Assembly: GCA_044223005.1 (NCBI GenBank)
Contig: JBGAML010000004.1
Span: 232,920-296,919, forward strand
Source of the DNA: Candidatus Eiseniibacteriota bacterium
GTDB lineage: Bacteria; Eisenbacteria; RBG-16-71-46
DNA: 64,000 nucleotides
Direction of reading: 5' to 3'
Made by a program: the position numbers and the translations under genes. The notes under the pieces are model-generated. The model was not told where the DNA came from and ran no database searches. It saw only the letters and a list, made by a program, of their open reading frames with translations. Shown here piece after piece: positions 1 through 12,337 of this stretch (position 1 is the stretch's first letter; each line of letters opens with the position of its first letter).

Positions 1-803
1 AGGCTCGGGCCCGAGCCGCTGATCGAGGCGCCGAGCGCGCCCGCGTCGCGCGCGGCGGCGAGCACGTCGAGGCAGCCGGGGATCAGCCGCGCGCGCGCGG
101 CCGTGACCACGTCGGGCTCGAGCGCGCGGGCGAGCAGGCCGAGATCGCCCGAGAAGCACGCGGAGACGAACGCGCCCAGGTTCGCGCTCGTGCGCACCAT
201 CTGCGCGAGCGGCACGTCCGCGGGCAGCGCCGCGCGCGCGTCGCGCGTGCTCACCTCGTGCTGCGGCGTCACCACCGTCAGGACGAGCCCGGCAGGCACG
301 GGCAGCCGCACGATGTCCGGCGGGTCCACCGAGCGCACGAGCACCATGCCGCCCAGAAGCGCGGGCGCGACGTTGTCGGCGTGACGGCCGGAGACGGCGG
401 CCTCGGCCTCGACGCACGGCGCGACCAGCTCGGCGCGGCGCAGCGGCGAGCCGAGCAGCAGGTTCACGGCGTACGCCGCGGCGGCGGCGCTCGCCGCAGA
501 GCTGCCCATGCCGGAGCCGAGCGGCAGGCCCTTCGTCACCTCGAGCTCGACGCCGGCGTCGATGCCCGCGCGCGCCAGCGTGGCGATCGCGGCGATGCCG
601 GCGGTATTGCGCTCGGGCTCGAGCGGCAGGCGGCCGCCGTCGCCATGCACCGCCGCGATCCGCACGCCGGTGCCCGGCACGCGCCGCGCGAGCACGGTGT
701 CGCCGGGGCCGAGCAGCGCGAGCCCCAGGACGTCGAAACCGGTGCCGAGGTTCGCCACCGTGGCGGGAGCGAACGCGCGCACGACGCGGGACGGGGCGCT
801 CAT
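1..803 (-). CDS. thrB: Homoserine kinase (partial, runs off the left edge)
   Basis: Manual translation from ATG 803, which overlaps the thrA stop: APATVANLGTGFDVLG, GHMP motif LPLGSGMGSSAASA, HADNVAPALLGG, ISGSGPS. Not in the ORF track because it is truncated. Confidence 0.95.
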   Translation of the reverse strand, partial: MSAPSRVVRAFAPATVANLGTGFDVLGLALLGPGDTVLARRVPGTGVRIAAVHGDGGRLPLEPERNTAGIAAIATLARAGIDAGVELEVTKGLPLGSGMGSSAASAAAAAYAVNLLLGSPLRRAELVAPCVEAEAAVSGRHADNVAPALLGGMVLVRSVDPPDIVRLPVPAGLVLTVVTPQHEVSTRDARAALPADVPLAQMVRTSANLGAFVSACFSGDLGLLARALEPDVVTAARARLIPGCLDVLAAARDAGALGASISGSGPS

Positions 804-3334
804 CGCCGCTCCGCCGCGATCCGCAGGATGTCGCCGAGCACGCCCATCGCCGTCACCTCCACGCCCGCACCCGGGCCCATCACCACGAGCGGCCGCGCCT
901 CGTAGCGCTCGCTCGTGAACACGATCAGGTTGTCGGTGCCCTGCAGCCGGCCCGCGGGCGAGTCGAGCGGTACCGCCGCGGGGCCCACGGTGATCCGGTC
1001 CGCCTCCACGCGCGCGAGGTAGCGCAGCACCTTGCCCTCGCGCTTCGCGTCGGCGACGCGCTGCGCGAAGTCCGCGTCGAGGCCCTTCAGCTTCGCGAGC
1101 AGCTGCTCGAGCGGCAGCCCCGCGAGCGACGCGTCGACGAGTCCCTGCGGCACGACCGGTTCCGGCGCGCGCGCGAGCCCCGAGAGCCGCCCGAGGATGA
1201 CCGCCTTGCGGGCCACGTCCGCGCCCGAGAGGTCGGCGACCGGATCGGGCTCGGTGTAGCCGCGGCGCACGGCCTCGGCCACGGCCGCGGAGAACGCCGC
1301 GCCCTGCTCGAGCTGCGCCATCACGAAGCCCAGCGTGCCGGACAGGCAGCCTTCGGCGCTCACGAGCCGGTCGCCCGTCGCGAGCAGCATCTCAAGCGTG
1401 TCCATCACCGGCAGCCCGGCGCCCACGGTCGCCTCGGCGCGCAGCAGCCGGCCGCGCGACTCCGCTTCGCCGCGCAGCGCGTGCCAGCGCTCCAACGGCC
1501 CGGCGAGCGGCTTCTTGTTGGCGGTGACGACGTCGCAGCCGAGCGCCATCGCCTCGAGGAACACCGCGGCGGTGTCGTCGTCGTCGGAGACATCCACGAG
1601 CACGGGGCGCGCGAGCCGGTAGCGCAGCGCCTCGCGCACCATGGTGGCGGCATCGGCCGATGCGACGGCGCCCGGCTGCGTCGCGAGCGCGCGGCCGTCC
1701 TGCTTCGCGGCGAGCAGCGCATCGAGTTCGCCGGCCGGGATGCCGTTCGGGCGCAGGATCCAGCCGCTGCGGTCCGCGATCGCGACCACGCGCGGCTCCA
1801 GGCCGAAGCGCTCGAAGAAGTGCGAGCGGCGCCCGAGCAGCAGCGGCGCCAGCGCGCGGCCGATGTTGCCGCAGCCCAGCAGCAGCACGTCCATGCGGCG
1901 CGTGGTGTCCTCGCCGGTGTCGAGCCGGTGCAGCTCGAACTCCGCGTGCAGCGCGCGCAGCGCGTCCGGCGCCTCGGCCTCGGCCACGGCGAGCGTGATG
2001 TTGAGCTCCGAGGAGCCCTGCGCGATCGCGAGCACGTTGACGCGCCGGGCACCGAGCGAGCCGAAGGCGCGCGCCGACACGCCTGGCGTGTGCGCCATGC
2101 CGAGCCCGACCACGCCGACGAGCGCGACGCCACGGCGCACGTCGACTTCGTCCACGTCGCCGCGCGAGATCTCGGCGCGCAGCGACGTCTTGATCGCGGA
2201 CTCGGCCGCGAACGCCTCCTCGGCCGGCACCGCGAGGCAGATGGAGGACTCCGAGCTCGACTGGCTGATCATGGTGACGCTGATGCCGCGCTCCGAGAGC
2301 GCGCCGAACACGCGTGCGGCGACGCCCGGCACGCCGGCCATGCCCTTGCCCTCGACCGAGAGCAGCGCCTGCGCGCGTACCGCGGTCACGGCTTTCACCG
2401 GGTGCGATCCCGGCGTGAACGTGCCGTCCACGATCGTGCCCGCGTCGTCGGGTGCGAACGAGTTGCGCGTCCGCACCGGAATCCCCAGCGTCGCCACCGG
2501 GATCATGGTGCGCGGGTGCAGCACCTTGGCGCCGTAGAAGCTCATCTCGGCCGCTTCGCGGAAGTTGAGCTGGCGAATGACGCGCGCCTCGGGCACCACG
2601 CGCGGATCGGCCGTGAAGACACCGCTCACGTCGGTCCAGATCGTGACTTCGTCCGCGTGCAGCGCCGCCGCGAGCAGCGTCGCCGAGAGATCCGAGCCGC
2701 CACGCCCGAGCGTCGTGGTCGCGCCGTCGGGCGCGCGGCCGGTGAAGCCGGTGACCACGGGCAGCACGCCCTGCTCGAGCCGCGGCCGCAGCGCCGCCGC
2801 GATCGTGCGGTCCGCGACACCGGTGAGCGCGTGCGCCTCGCCGAAGTTCGCGTCCGTCTCGAGGAACGTGTCCGCGTCCAGCGCCTCGGCGGCGCGGCCG
2901 CGCGCACACAGCGCCGCGGCGAGCATGCGCACCGACAGCTTCTCGCCACACGCGAGCACCTGGTCGCGCGTGCGGGGCGAAACTTCGCGCAGCAGGCACG
3001 CCGCGCCCAGCAGTTCGGCGAGGTGCGCCGCGGTGTCCGCCTGGTGGCGGCGCACCGTCTCGGCTTCGGCGGCCGGCAGCGCGAGTGCCGCGAGTACGTC
3101 CTCGTGCAGCGTCTGCAGCTTCGCGATCGCGTGCAGCGCGTCGTGGCGCTCTCCGCGTGCGGCCGCGGCCGCGGCCGCGACGAGCAGGTCGGTGACGCCC
3201 GTGACCGCCGAGGCGACCGCGACGAGGCGCGTGCCATCCGCGCCGGCCGCGATCAGCAGGTCGGCGCACGCGCCGATGCGGCGCGCGTCACCGACGCTGG
3301 TACCGCCGAACTTGTGGACTTCGAGACGCGCCAT
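800..3334 (-). CDS. thrA: Bifunctional aspartokinase/homoserine dehydrogenase
   Basis: [18 protein letters not shown], two ACT domains, [28 protein letters not shown]. Start could be 3358. Confidence 0.96.
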   Translation of the reverse strand: MARLEVHKFGGTSVGDARRIGACADLLIAAGADGTRLVAVASAVTGVTDLLVAAAAAAARGERHDALHAIAKLQTLHEDVLAALALPAAEAETVRRHQADTAAHLAELLGAACLLREVSPRTRDQVLACGEKLSVRMLAAALCARGRAAEALDADTFLETDANFGEAHALTGVADRTIAAALRPRLEQGVLPVVTGFTGRAPDGATTTLGRGGSDLSATLLAAALHADEVTIWTDVSGVFTADPRVVPEARVIRQLNFREAAEMSFYGAKVLHPRTMIPVATLGIPVRTRNSFAPDDAGTIVDGTFTPGSHPVKAVTAVRAQALLSVEGKGMAGVPGVAARVFGALSERGISVTMISQSSSESSICLAVPAEEAFAAESAIKTSLRAEISRGDVDEVDVRRGVALVGVVGLGMAHTPGVSARAFGSLGARRVNVLAIAQGSSELNITLAVAEAEAPDALRALHAEFELHRLDTGEDTTRRMDVLLLGCGNIGRALAPLLLGRRSHFFERFGLEPRVVAIADRSGWILRPNGIPAGELDALLAAKQDGRALATQPGAVASADAATMVREALRYRLARPVLVDVSDDDDTAAVFLEAMALGCDVVTANKKPLAGPLERWHALRGEAESRGRLLRAEATVGAGLPVMDTLEMLLATGDRLVSAEGCLSGTLGFVMAQLEQGAAFSAAVAEAVRRGYTEPDPVADLSGADVARKAVILGRLSGLARAPEPVVPQGLVDASLAGLPLEQLLAKLKGLDADFAQRVADAKREGKVLRYLARVEADRITVGPAAVPLDSPAGRLQGTDNLIVFTSERYEARPLVVMGPGAGVEVTAMGVLGDILRIAAERR

Positions 3335-3379
3335 GCGGCCCTCCGGGCCGGAAATCATACGGCCCGGGAGCGGCCGCCG

Positions 3380-4348
3380 TCACGCGGTCGGCGCCGTACC
3401 CGCGGTTCCGTAGTACCCCTTCGCCCACTCGACCATGGCCGGTGCGCCCCGATCGAGCGGCGTGGGCGCGCCGCCGAAGCGGGCGCGGAAGCGCGAATCG
3501 TCCACGAGGAAGGGTCCCGCGAACTGGTAGCCCATCTCGCGGATCTCGCGCAGCATCGGCATGAACAGCGCCACGGCCGCCAGCAGGAACCCCGGCATGC
3601 GCTCGATCGCGATCTCGCGCCCGAGCGCGGCGCCGAAGCGCCGGATCATCGCGCGCGTGGTTTCGGCCGGCGCCGCCGGCAGCATCCACCACTGGCCCGT
3701 CACGTCGTCGGGGGCTTCGGCCAGCGTGGCCAGTCCTGCCGCGACGTCGAGCGTGTAATGGTAGGTGTGCACGATGTCCGGATCGCTCAGCACCTGGCCG
3801 CTCTTCCCCGCGAGCACGCGCGGCCAGAAGGCGTCGCCGAAGTACGTGCCCACGCCGCCGGGTCCGTAGAAGTCGGCCGCGCGTCCGCTCACCACCTTCG
3901 CGTCACCGCGCCGGTGCGCGTCGAAGAACTGCTCGGCGACGCGCGCGCGGATCTCGCCCTTGCGGCTGCACGGGTTCACCGGCGTCGCTTCGTTCATCGG
4001 GACGCCGTGCGTGTCGCCCAGCATGTAGAGGTTGTCGAGCACCACGAGCCGCGCGTTCGCGCGCCCGGCCGCGGCCACGAGCGAACTCGCCAGCCGCGGC
4101 AGCTCGCGCGCCCAGAGCGCGGCGTCGTAGGCCGGGTTCATGCAGTGATAAACGGCGGCGGCGCCCGCTGCGGCCTCGGCCGCGAACGTGGCGTCGCCCG
4201 CGTCGCCCGTGCGCAGCTCCACGCCCGCGGGCGCGCCACCCACGCGGCGCACCATGCGCACGCGGCAGCCGCGCGCCATGAGCTCCTTCGCGAGCGGGAC
4301 GCCGATCTGTCCCGCGCCGAAGATCACGTGCAGCTTCGACTCGCTCAT
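3380..4348 (-). CDS. NAD-dependent epimerase/dehydratase (atypical SDR)
   Basis: VIFGAGQIG Rossmann motif, [14 protein letters not shown]. Confidence 0.85.
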   Translation of the reverse strand: MSESKLHVIFGAGQIGVPLAKELMARGCRVRMVRRVGGAPAGVELRTGDAGDATFAAEAAAGAAAVYHCMNPAYDAALWARELPRLASSLVAAAGRANARLVVLDNLYMLGDTHGVPMNEATPVNPCSRKGEIRARVAEQFFDAHRRGDAKVVSGRAADFYGPGGVGTYFGDAFWPRVLAGKSGQVLSDPDIVHTYHYTLDVAAGLATLAEAPDDVTGQWWMLPAAPAETTRAMIRRFGAALGREIAIERMPGFLLAAVALFMPMLREIREMGYQFAGPFLVDDSRFRARFGGAPTPLDRGAPAMVEWAKGYYGTAGTAPTA

Positions 4349-4393
4349 CCTTCGCCTTTCGTGCGCTGGACGGACCCGGCGCCGGCGGCCCGC

Positions 4394-6424
4394 TCAGTGC
4401 CGCCCGTGCGTCACGCCCGGCCAGCGGTCGGTGCGGAACGGCTCGGCCGGAAGCCCCGTGCCGCCCGCGAGATCGCAGGTGGGATTGTCGGCCCACGCGT
4501 AGCGCGCCGCGACCGGGTGCGGCACCGCGTCGCACGTGAGCACGACGTCGTCTCCTTCGATGCGCGCGGCAGCCCAATGGAACACGCGATCTTCACCCGC
4601 CAGCGCGAACCCCGCGGGCGGGGCGTCCGAACGCGAATGCAGGCCGCCGTTCGTGCGCTCGAAGTGCACGCGCATCGCGCCGCCCTCGATCCGGGACGAA
4701 CGGTAGCGCGGTCCGCTCGCGACGACCGCCCGCCCGTACGCGACCTCCAGCGCGGCCAGCGCGAGCCGGCGCCCGACTTCCTGCTTGTTGCGCGGATGGA
4801 TGTCCTTCGCGTCGCCGATGTCGACCGCCGTCGCCATGCCCGTGCGCGGCCGCGCCAACGCCATGGCCTGCGCCTCGCGCAGCTCGGCCCATTCGCTCTC
4901 GCCCGGCTGCGGCTTCGCGTCCATGAAGTTCGCGAGCTGGACGAACAGGAACGGGAAGTCGCCCTGACCCCATTCGCGCCGCCAGTCGTCGATCAGCAGG
5001 GGGAAGAGCGCCTGGTATTGTTCGGCGCGGTTGGCGTTCGCCTCGCCCTGGTACCAGATCACGCCGTGGATCGCGTACGGCGCCAGCGGTGACCGCATGC
5101 CGTTGGCGAGCACGCCGGGTTGGTTCGGATCCTCCGGGTCGCGCGGCCGCGGGGGCAGTTCGCGGAAGTCGAACGCGACCTGGTAGAGCCACGGGCCGGT
5201 GAGCGACATCGCGTCGGCGCCGCCCGCCGAGAGCTTCATCATCGGCGGGTCGCCCCACAGGCCGCCGCCGCCGATCCAGTCGTAGACGCGCACCGCGATC
5301 ACGTGCGGCCCCGGCGTCACGAGCCGGCCCGGCACGGTGTAGTTCCGCGGCCGGTCGTAGACCGAGTCCTTGCCCACGAGCACGCCGTCGAAGTAGGTGA
5401 GGTCCGCGTCGTCGATGCGGCCGAGCCCCAGCGCGAGATCGCGGCCCGCCCACGCCGCGGGGATTTCGACGTGGCGCCGGAACCACACGACGCCGTCCAG
5501 GTCCGGCAGCCCCGCGTTCTCCCAGCCGCTCGGCAGCGCCATCGTCTTCCACGCGTGATCGTCCAGCGCCGTCGCCGACCAGGGCGGCGTCGCCTTCAGC
5601 CCGCGGTCTTCCTTCGGGATCGCGGCGTTCCACGCCCGCGTCGCCACCTCGAACGCCGCCTTCGCCTCGCCCGCGGGGCGCTGCGCCTGTTCGTCCACCG
5701 CGCGCAGCCGGTCCGCGAACCCGGGCACGCGGCGCAGCGCGCCCGCGCGCGTCCACGCTTCGACCTCGGTGCCGCCCCAGTTCGTGGACACGAGTCCCAC
5801 CGGCACCTTCAAGGTGCGCTGCAGTTCGCGGCCGAAGAAGTAGGCGACGGCGGAGAACTCCTTCGCGGTCGCGGGTGCGCAGCGGTGCCAGCCGGTGGTC
5901 GTGATGTCGCGCTCGGGCCGGAACGCCACCTTGCGCGCGACCGTGAGCAGGCGGATCTCGGGATGGTCCGCCGACGCGACCTCGTTCGCCGCGTCGAGCA
6001 CTTTGCCCCAGCCGTCGATCGGCATCTCCATGTTCGACTGGCCCGACGCGAGCCAGACCTCGCCGACCAGCACGTCGGTGAACGCGCGTGCGTGGCCCTC
6101 GGCGTCGGCGACGCGGAGCTCGAACGGCCCGCCGGCGGCGAGCGGCCCGAGCGCCGTGCGCCATGCGCCGCGCGCGTCGGCGCGAGCCTGCGCGGTGTGG
6201 CCCGCGCACGTCACCGTGATCGCGGCCCGTGGCGCGGCCGTGCCCCACACGGGCACGGCGACGTCGCGCTGCAGCACCATGTGGTCGCCGAAGATCGCAG
6301 GCAGTGCGATTTCGGCGGCGGGTGAGCCGGCTGCCGCGGCGCGGGCGGCGCTCGCGGAGAGGGCGAGCGCGAGCAGTGCGAGCCCCGCGAGGCGCGTGGT
6401 GCGATGCGTCGTGCGTGCGTCCAT
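4394..6424 (-). CDS. Secreted sialate O-acetylesterase (SGNH) with inserted galactose-binding-like domain
   Basis: Signal peptide, [35 protein letters not shown]. Confidence 0.92.
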   Translation of the reverse strand: MDARTTHRTTRLAGLALLALALSASAARAAAAGSPAAEIALPAIFGDHMVLQRDVAVPVWGTAAPRAAITVTCAGHTAQARADARGAWRTALGPLAAGGPFELRVADAEGHARAFTDVLVGEVWLASGQSNMEMPIDGWGKVLDAANEVASADHPEIRLLTVARKVAFRPERDITTTGWHRCAPATAKEFSAVAYFFGRELQRTLKVPVGLVSTNWGGTEVEAWTRAGALRRVPGFADRLRAVDEQAQRPAGEAKAAFEVATRAWNAAIPKEDRGLKATPPWSATALDDHAWKTMALPSGWENAGLPDLDGVVWFRRHVEIPAAWAGRDLALGLGRIDDADLTYFDGVLVGKDSVYDRPRNYTVPGRLVTPGPHVIAVRVYDWIGGGGLWGDPPMMKLSAGGADAMSLTGPWLYQVAFDFRELPPRPRDPEDPNQPGVLANGMRSPLAPYAIHGVIWYQGEANANRAEQYQALFPLLIDDWRREWGQGDFPFLFVQLANFMDAKPQPGESEWAELREAQAMALARPRTGMATAVDIGDAKDIHPRNKQEVGRRLALAALEVAYGRAVVASGPRYRSSRIEGGAMRVHFERTNGGLHSRSDAPPAGFALAGEDRVFHWAAARIEGDDVVLTCDAVPHPVAARYAWADNPTCDLAGGTGLPAEPFRTDRWPGVTHGRH

Positions 6425-6464
6425 ATCGTACGTCCTCCCGCCGGGCGCGACGTGCGCCGAAAGT

Positions 6465-8942
6465 TCAGGGTGCGAGCGTCAGGCTGCCCGAAAGTCTCGT
6501 GTCGCGCGACGAGGCGCCGACCTCGATCGCGTAGCGCCCCGGCTCCGTCCACCACGCGGCGCGGCCGGGGTCCCACGCGGCGAACGCGCGTTCGTCCAGC
6601 TCGATCGTGACGCGGCGCGATTCGCCGGGCGTGAGCTCCACGCGCGCGAAGCCCTTCAGCTCGCGCACCGGCCGCGGCAGCATTCCGCGCGGGGGCGCCA
6701 CGTAGAGCTGCGGCACCTCGGCGCCGGCGCGGGCGCCCGTGTTCGCGACCGTGAACGACACGCGCGCGTGCCGCGGCGCCGCGAGCGTCGGTGGCTCGAT
6801 CGCGAGGTCCGAGTAGGCGAACGTCGTGTAGCCGAGCCCGAACCCGAACGGGAACTCAGGCGCGATCCCGGCACGGTCGTGGTGGCGATAGCCCACGAAC
6901 ACTCCGTCGTCGTAGCGCGTCGCGAGGTCGCGGCTCGAGTAGGTCGCCGCCGCCGACACGTCCGCCCAGCGGCGCGGGAACGAGATCGGCAGCCGCCCCG
7001 ATGGCGCTGCGTCGCCGAACAGCACGTCGGCGATCGCGCTGCCGCCCTCGACGCCCGGGTACCACGCCTGCAGCACGGCGCGCACGCGCTCGAGCCAGTC
7101 GCCCATCGTCACCGGCGAGCCCGCGACCACGACGACGATCGTGCGCGGGTTCACCGCCGCGACCGCGCGGATCAGCGCGTCCTGCCCGACCGGCAGCGCG
7201 AGGTTCGGGCGATCGAAGCCCTCGCTCTCGACGCCCGCAGTGTTGCCGACCACCACGATCGCCGCGTCGGCGCCGCGCGCCGCGGCGACCGCGGCGCCGT
7301 GCTCGTCCTGGTCCATCGCGTGCCAGCCGAACTGCACCACGGCGCCGCCGCCGTTCTCGTAGTACTCGAGCTTCACCGCGTGCGGCTCGCCCGCGCGCAG
7401 CGGGACGATCGTCGCGACGGTGCGCGCGCCGTGATCGCTCCAGTCCTCGAGCACGAGCTTGCCGTCGAGCCAGAGCCGCACGCCGTCGTCGGCGCGCAGG
7501 CGCAGCTCCCAGCGGCCGCTCGTCGGCGCGACCAGCGTTCCCGTCCAGCGCGCCGAGAAGTGGTCCACCGGAATCACCGCCGCGGGCGAGCCGTCGCCGA
7601 AGTCGAAGTTCACGCTGGCGTCCGTGCGCACCAGCGCGGGCGCGCCCGAGAAGTCCTGGCTCGCCCAGTACTCGGCGCGCAGGCCGTGGCCCGGGCCGCT
7701 CGCGGGTGCGAACGCGGTCGAGTCGATCGGATTCACGTCGTCGGGCGCGCTCGCGCCCGCCGCGTACGTCACCGTCACACCCGGCCCCGCCGCGCGGCGG
7801 ATCGCCTCCAGCGGCGACACCGCGTGCGCGGTCGTGACGTACGAGCTGCCGCCGCCGCCCGTGCGCGCGACCGCCGCGTTGGGCCCGATCACCGCGAGCG
7901 AGCGCAGGTGCGCGCGGTCGAGCGGCAGCGCGCCGCCTTCGTTGCGCAGCAGCACCAGCGAACGCGCGGCCGCCGTGCGCGCGAGCGCGCGGTGCGCGAC
8001 GCCGTCGCGCGCGCCCGGGTCGCCGGCCGTGTCGCCATCCAGCACGCCGGTGCGCTCGAGCAGCCGCAGCAGCCGCTTCACGCTCGCGTCGATCGTGGGC
8101 CACGACACCTCGCCGCGTTCCACCGCGGTGGCGAGCGAGGCCTTGTCGAGGAACTTGTGGTCGGGCATCTCGAGGTCGAGCCCGGCGCGAACGGTCGGCA
8201 GCGTGCTGTGCACCGCGCCCCAGTCCGACACCACGAGGCCGTCGAAACGCCACTCGGTCTTCAGGACGTCGCGCAGCAGCCACGGGTTCTCGCTGCACCA
8301 GTTGCCGTTCACCTTGTTGTACGCCGACATCACCGACCAGGCGCCCGCTTCGCGCACTGCCGCGTCGAACGCCGGCAGGTAGATCTCGCGCAGCGTTCGC
8401 TCGTCGATGTGCTCGTCGACCGCCTCGCGATTGGCTTCCTGGCTGTTGGCCGCGAAGTGCTTGACCGTCGCCGCGACGCGGTGCTCCTGCAGCCCGTGCA
8501 CGTAGGCCACGGCCATCCGGCTCGCGAGCCAGGGATCCTCGCCGAACGCCTCGAACGTGCGCCCGGCCCACGGCAGCCGCGCGATGTTGACGCACGGCCC
8601 GAGCATCATGCGCTTGCCCTTCGCACGCGCTTCCACCGCGATCGCGCCGCTCACCTCGCGCACGAGCGACGTATCCCACGTCGCCGCGAGCGCGATCGGG
8701 ACCGGGAACGCGGTCGACACGCCGTCGCGCACGCCGGCCGGACCATCGGCCATGCGCAGCGGCGCGATTCCGAGCCGCGGCACGCGGTGCGTCTCGAACC
8801 CGTCGCCCGCGAGCAGGTCGAGCTTCTCGGCCGGCGTCAGGCGCACGAGCAGGCTCTCGATGCGCGCCTCGTCGGCGTGGGCCGGCGTGGCGACGCAGGC
8901 GGCGCATGCGGCGAGCATCGCCGCGGCCAGCAGGCGCCTCAC
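6465..8942 (-). CDS. Secreted GH3 beta-glucosidase with PA14 and Fn3-like domains
   Basis: GTG 8942 overlaps the upstream stop. [25 protein letters not shown], nucleophile motif VSDWG, PA14 insert ([18 protein letters not shown]), [10 protein letters not shown]. Confidence 0.93.
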   Translation of the reverse strand: MRRLLAAAMLAACAACVATPAHADEARIESLLVRLTPAEKLDLLAGDGFETHRVPRLGIAPLRMADGPAGVRDGVSTAFPVPIALAATWDTSLVREVSGAIAVEARAKGKRMMLGPCVNIARLPWAGRTFEAFGEDPWLASRMAVAYVHGLQEHRVAATVKHFAANSQEANREAVDEHIDERTLREIYLPAFDAAVREAGAWSVMSAYNKVNGNWCSENPWLLRDVLKTEWRFDGLVVSDWGAVHSTLPTVRAGLDLEMPDHKFLDKASLATAVERGEVSWPTIDASVKRLLRLLERTGVLDGDTAGDPGARDGVAHRALARTAAARSLVLLRNEGGALPLDRAHLRSLAVIGPNAAVARTGGGGSSYVTTAHAVSPLEAIRRAAGPGVTVTYAAGASAPDDVNPIDSTAFAPASGPGHGLRAEYWASQDFSGAPALVRTDASVNFDFGDGSPAAVIPVDHFSARWTGTLVAPTSGRWELRLRADDGVRLWLDGKLVLEDWSDHGARTVATIVPLRAGEPHAVKLEYYENGGGAVVQFGWHAMDQDEHGAAVAAARGADAAIVVVGNTAGVESEGFDRPNLALPVGQDALIRAVAAVNPRTIVVVVAGSPVTMGDWLERVRAVLQAWYPGVEGGSAIADVLFGDAAPSGRLPISFPRRWADVSAAATYSSRDLATRYDDGVFVGYRHHDRAGIAPEFPFGFGLGYTTFAYSDLAIEPPTLAAPRHARVSFTVANTGARAGAEVPQLYVAPPRGMLPRPVRELKGFARVELTPGESRRVTIELDERAFAAWDPGRAAWWTEPGRYAIEVGASSRDTRLSGSLTLAP

Positions 8943-11900
8943 GGCAGCACCCGCACGTGCAGCCGCTCGAGCAGCGTCGCGCCGAGCCCCGCGGTGACGA
9001 GCGAGGACGGAATCAGCACGATCTCGCCGCCGCCGTCGGCGTTCCGCAGCCGCGCCGCGCACGGGTAGATCTCGCCGCGGTCGGGCACCAGCAGGTGGCG
9101 CGACGTGTGCGTGAACGCGAGCGGCTCGAAGTGCCACGGCTTGGAGACCGCGAAGTCGGTGAACACCTCGTGGGTGTCGATCGGCCGCGGCGGCCGCGAG
9201 CCGCCTTCACCCGCGAGCTCGACGCCGCGCCCGTCGAGCGCCCAGCCGAACACGCCGCGCGAAGTCTCCCACGAGTTCATGAAGCGCCCGCCCGGTCCCC
9301 ACGACACGACGCCCAGCCGCGTGGGCGAGGCCGAGACCTCGCCGTTGCGCGGGTCGATCGGCAGCCACGCCTTCTCGTTCGTCTCCACGCCCACGGTCAC
9401 CGAATCCGACCAGATGCCGCCACCGCCGCCCGTGTCCTGCACCTGCACGGCGAGTACGTTGTCGCCGCCGAACGCGAGCGTCGCGTACGCGGGATCGCCG
9501 GGACGCAGCACGTAGTGGCGGATCGCCTGCCAGTTGGTGCGCGAGCCGATCTCGACGCCGTTCACGAACGTCCAGTCGAAGTCGTCGATCTTGCCGAGCT
9601 CCACGACCACCGGCTTGCCGCGGCCGTCCGCCGGCAGCCGGAAGTGCGCGCGGTACCAGCCCCAGCCGTCGAGCTCGCCGATCGTCTTCTCCCAGCCCGC
9701 GGGCACCGCGATCGGCCGCCACGACGTGTCGGGCTCGAACGCGCGCGCCTGCCAGCCGCCGCGCAGGCCGGGCTCGTTCGCGCGCGCGACGCTCGCATCC
9801 GTCGTCGCGAGCCTGAAGCGCCACTCGCGCAGCGTCTCGCCGCGGACCACGGGACGCAGGTCGTACCACTCGATCACGCCGGCCGTTTCGCCCATGGTGC
9901 CGCGCTCGCGCATCGTCGGGCCCCAGAAGACGAGTGCGCCGCCGCGGGCGAGCCAGCGCTCGAGCGTCACGGCGACGTCGCTGCCGTCCTCGGCGTGCCG
10001 CGGCAGCGCGTTGCCCGGCACGATCACCGCGCCGACGCTCGCCGGATCCAGGGTCGCGAGCTCGGCGAGCGTCACGCGGCGTCCCGTAGGCGCGGGCACC
10101 GCCGGCGCGGGCAGGTGCGCCACCTGCAGCACGACCGCGTCGCGCACCCATTCGATCACCGCCGTGTCGCGGAGTACGGGCACCGGCGCCGCGTGCGGCG
10201 CCGTCGTGTCGGCGAGCGCGGGCCACGCGCGCGCCGCGAGCGGTGCGCGCGCCGCGCCCTCGACGATCGCGCCCGCGGGCACCTCGACCACGCGCACGTG
10301 CGGATCGGTGACGCGCACGCGCAGCCGCCCGTGCGCCATGGTCAGCGCCACGGCGCCCTGCGGCAGCGGCACCTCGGCGTGCCAGTCCTTCCAGTCGGCG
10401 GGCGTGCGCGGGTCCACGCGCAGCCGTGCGCAGCCGGGCTCGAGCACCTCCACGCCGAGCAGGCCCTCGACGATCGCGTCGAGGTAGGAACCCGCGGCGG
10501 TGAGGAACGCGAAGCCGCCCTCGGTGTGACCGTCCTCGGGATCGACCAGCTCCTCGATCATGCCCGGGTAGTGTTCGTCGGCGAGTGTCGCCGCGCAGCG
10601 GCCGAGCAGCCAGGCGCCGCCCGCGCGGTCGTCGAGGCGGAAGCGCGCCCGTGCTTCGACCGCGTTCCACCACGGCCACACCTTGTCGTTGTGGTCGATG
10701 TAGAGCGGCACGTGCGACATCGGCGGCGTGATCGTGCTCGAGCCGGCCTTGCGCCAGTTGCGCGCGCGGATCGTGTCCATCGCGCGCCGCGCGCGCGCCT
10801 CGGGCGCCACGCCGCAGAGCACCGCGAGCGCGTTCTCGCCCGAAGTGGAGCGTTCGTCGCGCAGGCCGCCCAGCACGAGGTTGTCGTAAATGCCGTTCGT
10901 CTCGTCCCAGAGCCCGGCGTTGACGCCGCGCACGAACCGCGCCGCGAGCGCGTCGTAGCGTGCCGCCGACGGATCGCCGAGCGTGCGCTCGATCGTCGCG
11001 AAGCGGCGCAGCAGGTCGGCGAAGAGCACGTTGGAGTAGAGCACCCGCGCGCCGTCGGGGAAGAGGAAGAAGCGCGAGTGGTCCATCCACTCGGAGACGT
11101 CGACGAGCATGCCGGTGTCGTCCGCGTCGCGCGCGATCCACGCCTCGACCCACGGCCGCAGCGTGTGCGCCGCGCGCTGGAGCTCGTCGCGGTCGCCGTC
11201 CAGCAGCCAGCGCATCCACACTGCGCGCGCGAGCCACGCCACGCCCTCGGCGCAGCCGCCCTGCGAGGGATCCTCGGTGACCTTCAGCCCGAGCGGATCG
11301 GCCTTGGCGTAGCGCCCCAGGTCGTAGTCGATCGTCGTCGACGCCGCGGCGAAGCGCCCGCTCGCCATGGCGCCGGGTGCGAGCCCCGAACCCAGGTCGC
11401 GCGACCAGACGTCGCGCCAGCGGAAGATCTCGCACACGTGCATGTGCCCGTCGAAGCCGAGGTCGAGCAGCGCGCGGCAGAACGGCACCGCGCGGTCGAT
11501 CTCCGGATCGGGTGTCTCGAGCACGAGCCCGCGGTGGTAGGGCGCCTCGAGCGCCGCGCGCAGAGCCTCGAAGCGGCCCGCCGGCGGCAGCCCGCCCGCC
11601 GCGAGCACGACCTCGCCCGCGCCGCCCGCGAGCGGCACGCGCACGCGGCCCGTTGCCGCCATCGTCGGGGCGCCGGTGGCCGTGACCTCGATCGCGACCG
11701 GCGTCGTGGCGTGGCGCACGCGCGCGCACGCGAACCACGGCACGTCGGGCGTCGCGCCGTGCAGGATCTCGATCGCGGTGCCGCGCACGTCGAGTGCGTA
11801 CACCACGCCGCCGGGCAGGAAGCTCGCGCGCGGCGCGGGCGACGCCAGGTCGACCACCGAATCCCCGAGCACGAGCCGGAAGCGCGCGTGCGCGTCGCCG

Positions 11901-12076
11901 CCGTGGTGGAAGTCGATCCCGTCGGGGCGCACGCGCACCACGCTGCGGCCGTTGCCGACCAGACCTTCGGGCGCGCGGCCCGCGTACTCGAAGCGCCAGC
12001 GGTCCTGGCCCGACGCCGCCGTCGGCGTGCACAGGGCGAGGGTGAGCAGCAGAACGGCCCAGCGGCTCGGGCTCAT
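8939..12076 (-). CDS. Secreted multidomain (alpha/alpha)6-barrel glycoside hydrolase-like protein with carbohydrate-binding module
   Basis: Signal peptide from ATG 12076, WRDVWSRD, WMDH, LWDETNGIY, HNDKVWPWWN, then a beta-sandwich and a GH2-N-like module (LGKIDDFDWTFVNG). Confidence 0.7.
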   Translation of the reverse strand: MSPSRWAVLLLTLALCTPTAASGQDRWRFEYAGRAPEGLVGNGRSVVRVRPDGIDFHHGGDAHARFRLVLGDSVVDLASPAPRASFLPGGVVYALDVRGTAIEILHGATPDVPWFACARVRHATTPVAIEVTATGAPTMAATGRVRVPLAGGAGEVVLAAGGLPPAGRFEALRAALEAPYHRGLVLETPDPEIDRAVPFCRALLDLGFDGHMHVCEIFRWRDVWSRDLGSGLAPGAMASGRFAAASTTIDYDLGRYAKADPLGLKVTEDPSQGGCAEGVAWLARAVWMRWLLDGDRDELQRAAHTLRPWVEAWIARDADDTGMLVDVSEWMDHSRFFLFPDGARVLYSNVLFADLLRRFATIERTLGDPSAARYDALAARFVRGVNAGLWDETNGIYDNLVLGGLRDERSTSGENALAVLCGVAPEARARRAMDTIRARNWRKAGSSTITPPMSHVPLYIDHNDKVWPWWNAVEARARFRLDDRAGGAWLLGRCAATLADEHYPGMIEELVDPEDGHTEGGFAFLTAAGSYLDAIVEGLLGVEVLEPGCARLRVDPRTPADWKDWHAEVPLPQGAVALTMAHGRLRVRVTDPHVRVVEVPAGAIVEGAARAPLAARAWPALADTTAPHAAPVPVLRDTAVIEWVRDAVVLQVAHLPAPAVPAPTGRRVTLAELATLDPASVGAVIVPGNALPRHAEDGSDVAVTLERWLARGGALVFWGPTMRERGTMGETAGVIEWYDLRPVVRGETLREWRFRLATTDASVARANEPGLRGGWQARAFEPDTSWRPIAVPAGWEKTIGELDGWGWYRAHFRLPADGRGKPVVVELGKIDDFDWTFVNGVEIGSRTNWQAIRHYVLRPGDPAYATLAFGGDNVLAVQVQDTGGGGGIWSDSVTVGVETNEKAWLPIDPRNGEVSASPTRLGVVSWGPGGRFMNSWETSRGVFGWALDGRGVELAGEGGSRPPRPIDTHEVFTDFAVSKPWHFEPLAFTHTSRHLLVPDRGEIYPCAARLRNADGGGEIVLIPSSLVTAGLGATLLERLHVRVLP

Positions 12077-12337
12077 CGGCGAGGCTCCTTCGAGTGCGGT
12101 GGGATCGACACGCCGCGCGGGGGAGGGCGACGCGATCGCGCCACCGCGCACGGGCACGCCCACCAAGCTAACGCGAGCCGCTCCGAAAGTCCGGGCCGCG
12201 ATGCATGGAACACGCATGAAAATGACGCCGGCTCGCCCGCGGGAGAGCGGTCGCGTCGGCGCGGGGCGGTTCGGCCGGCGCGTCGCGAGCGGAGTCGCCC
12301 GCGATGCGCCGGCCGCGCCGAACACCCGAACGCCCCG

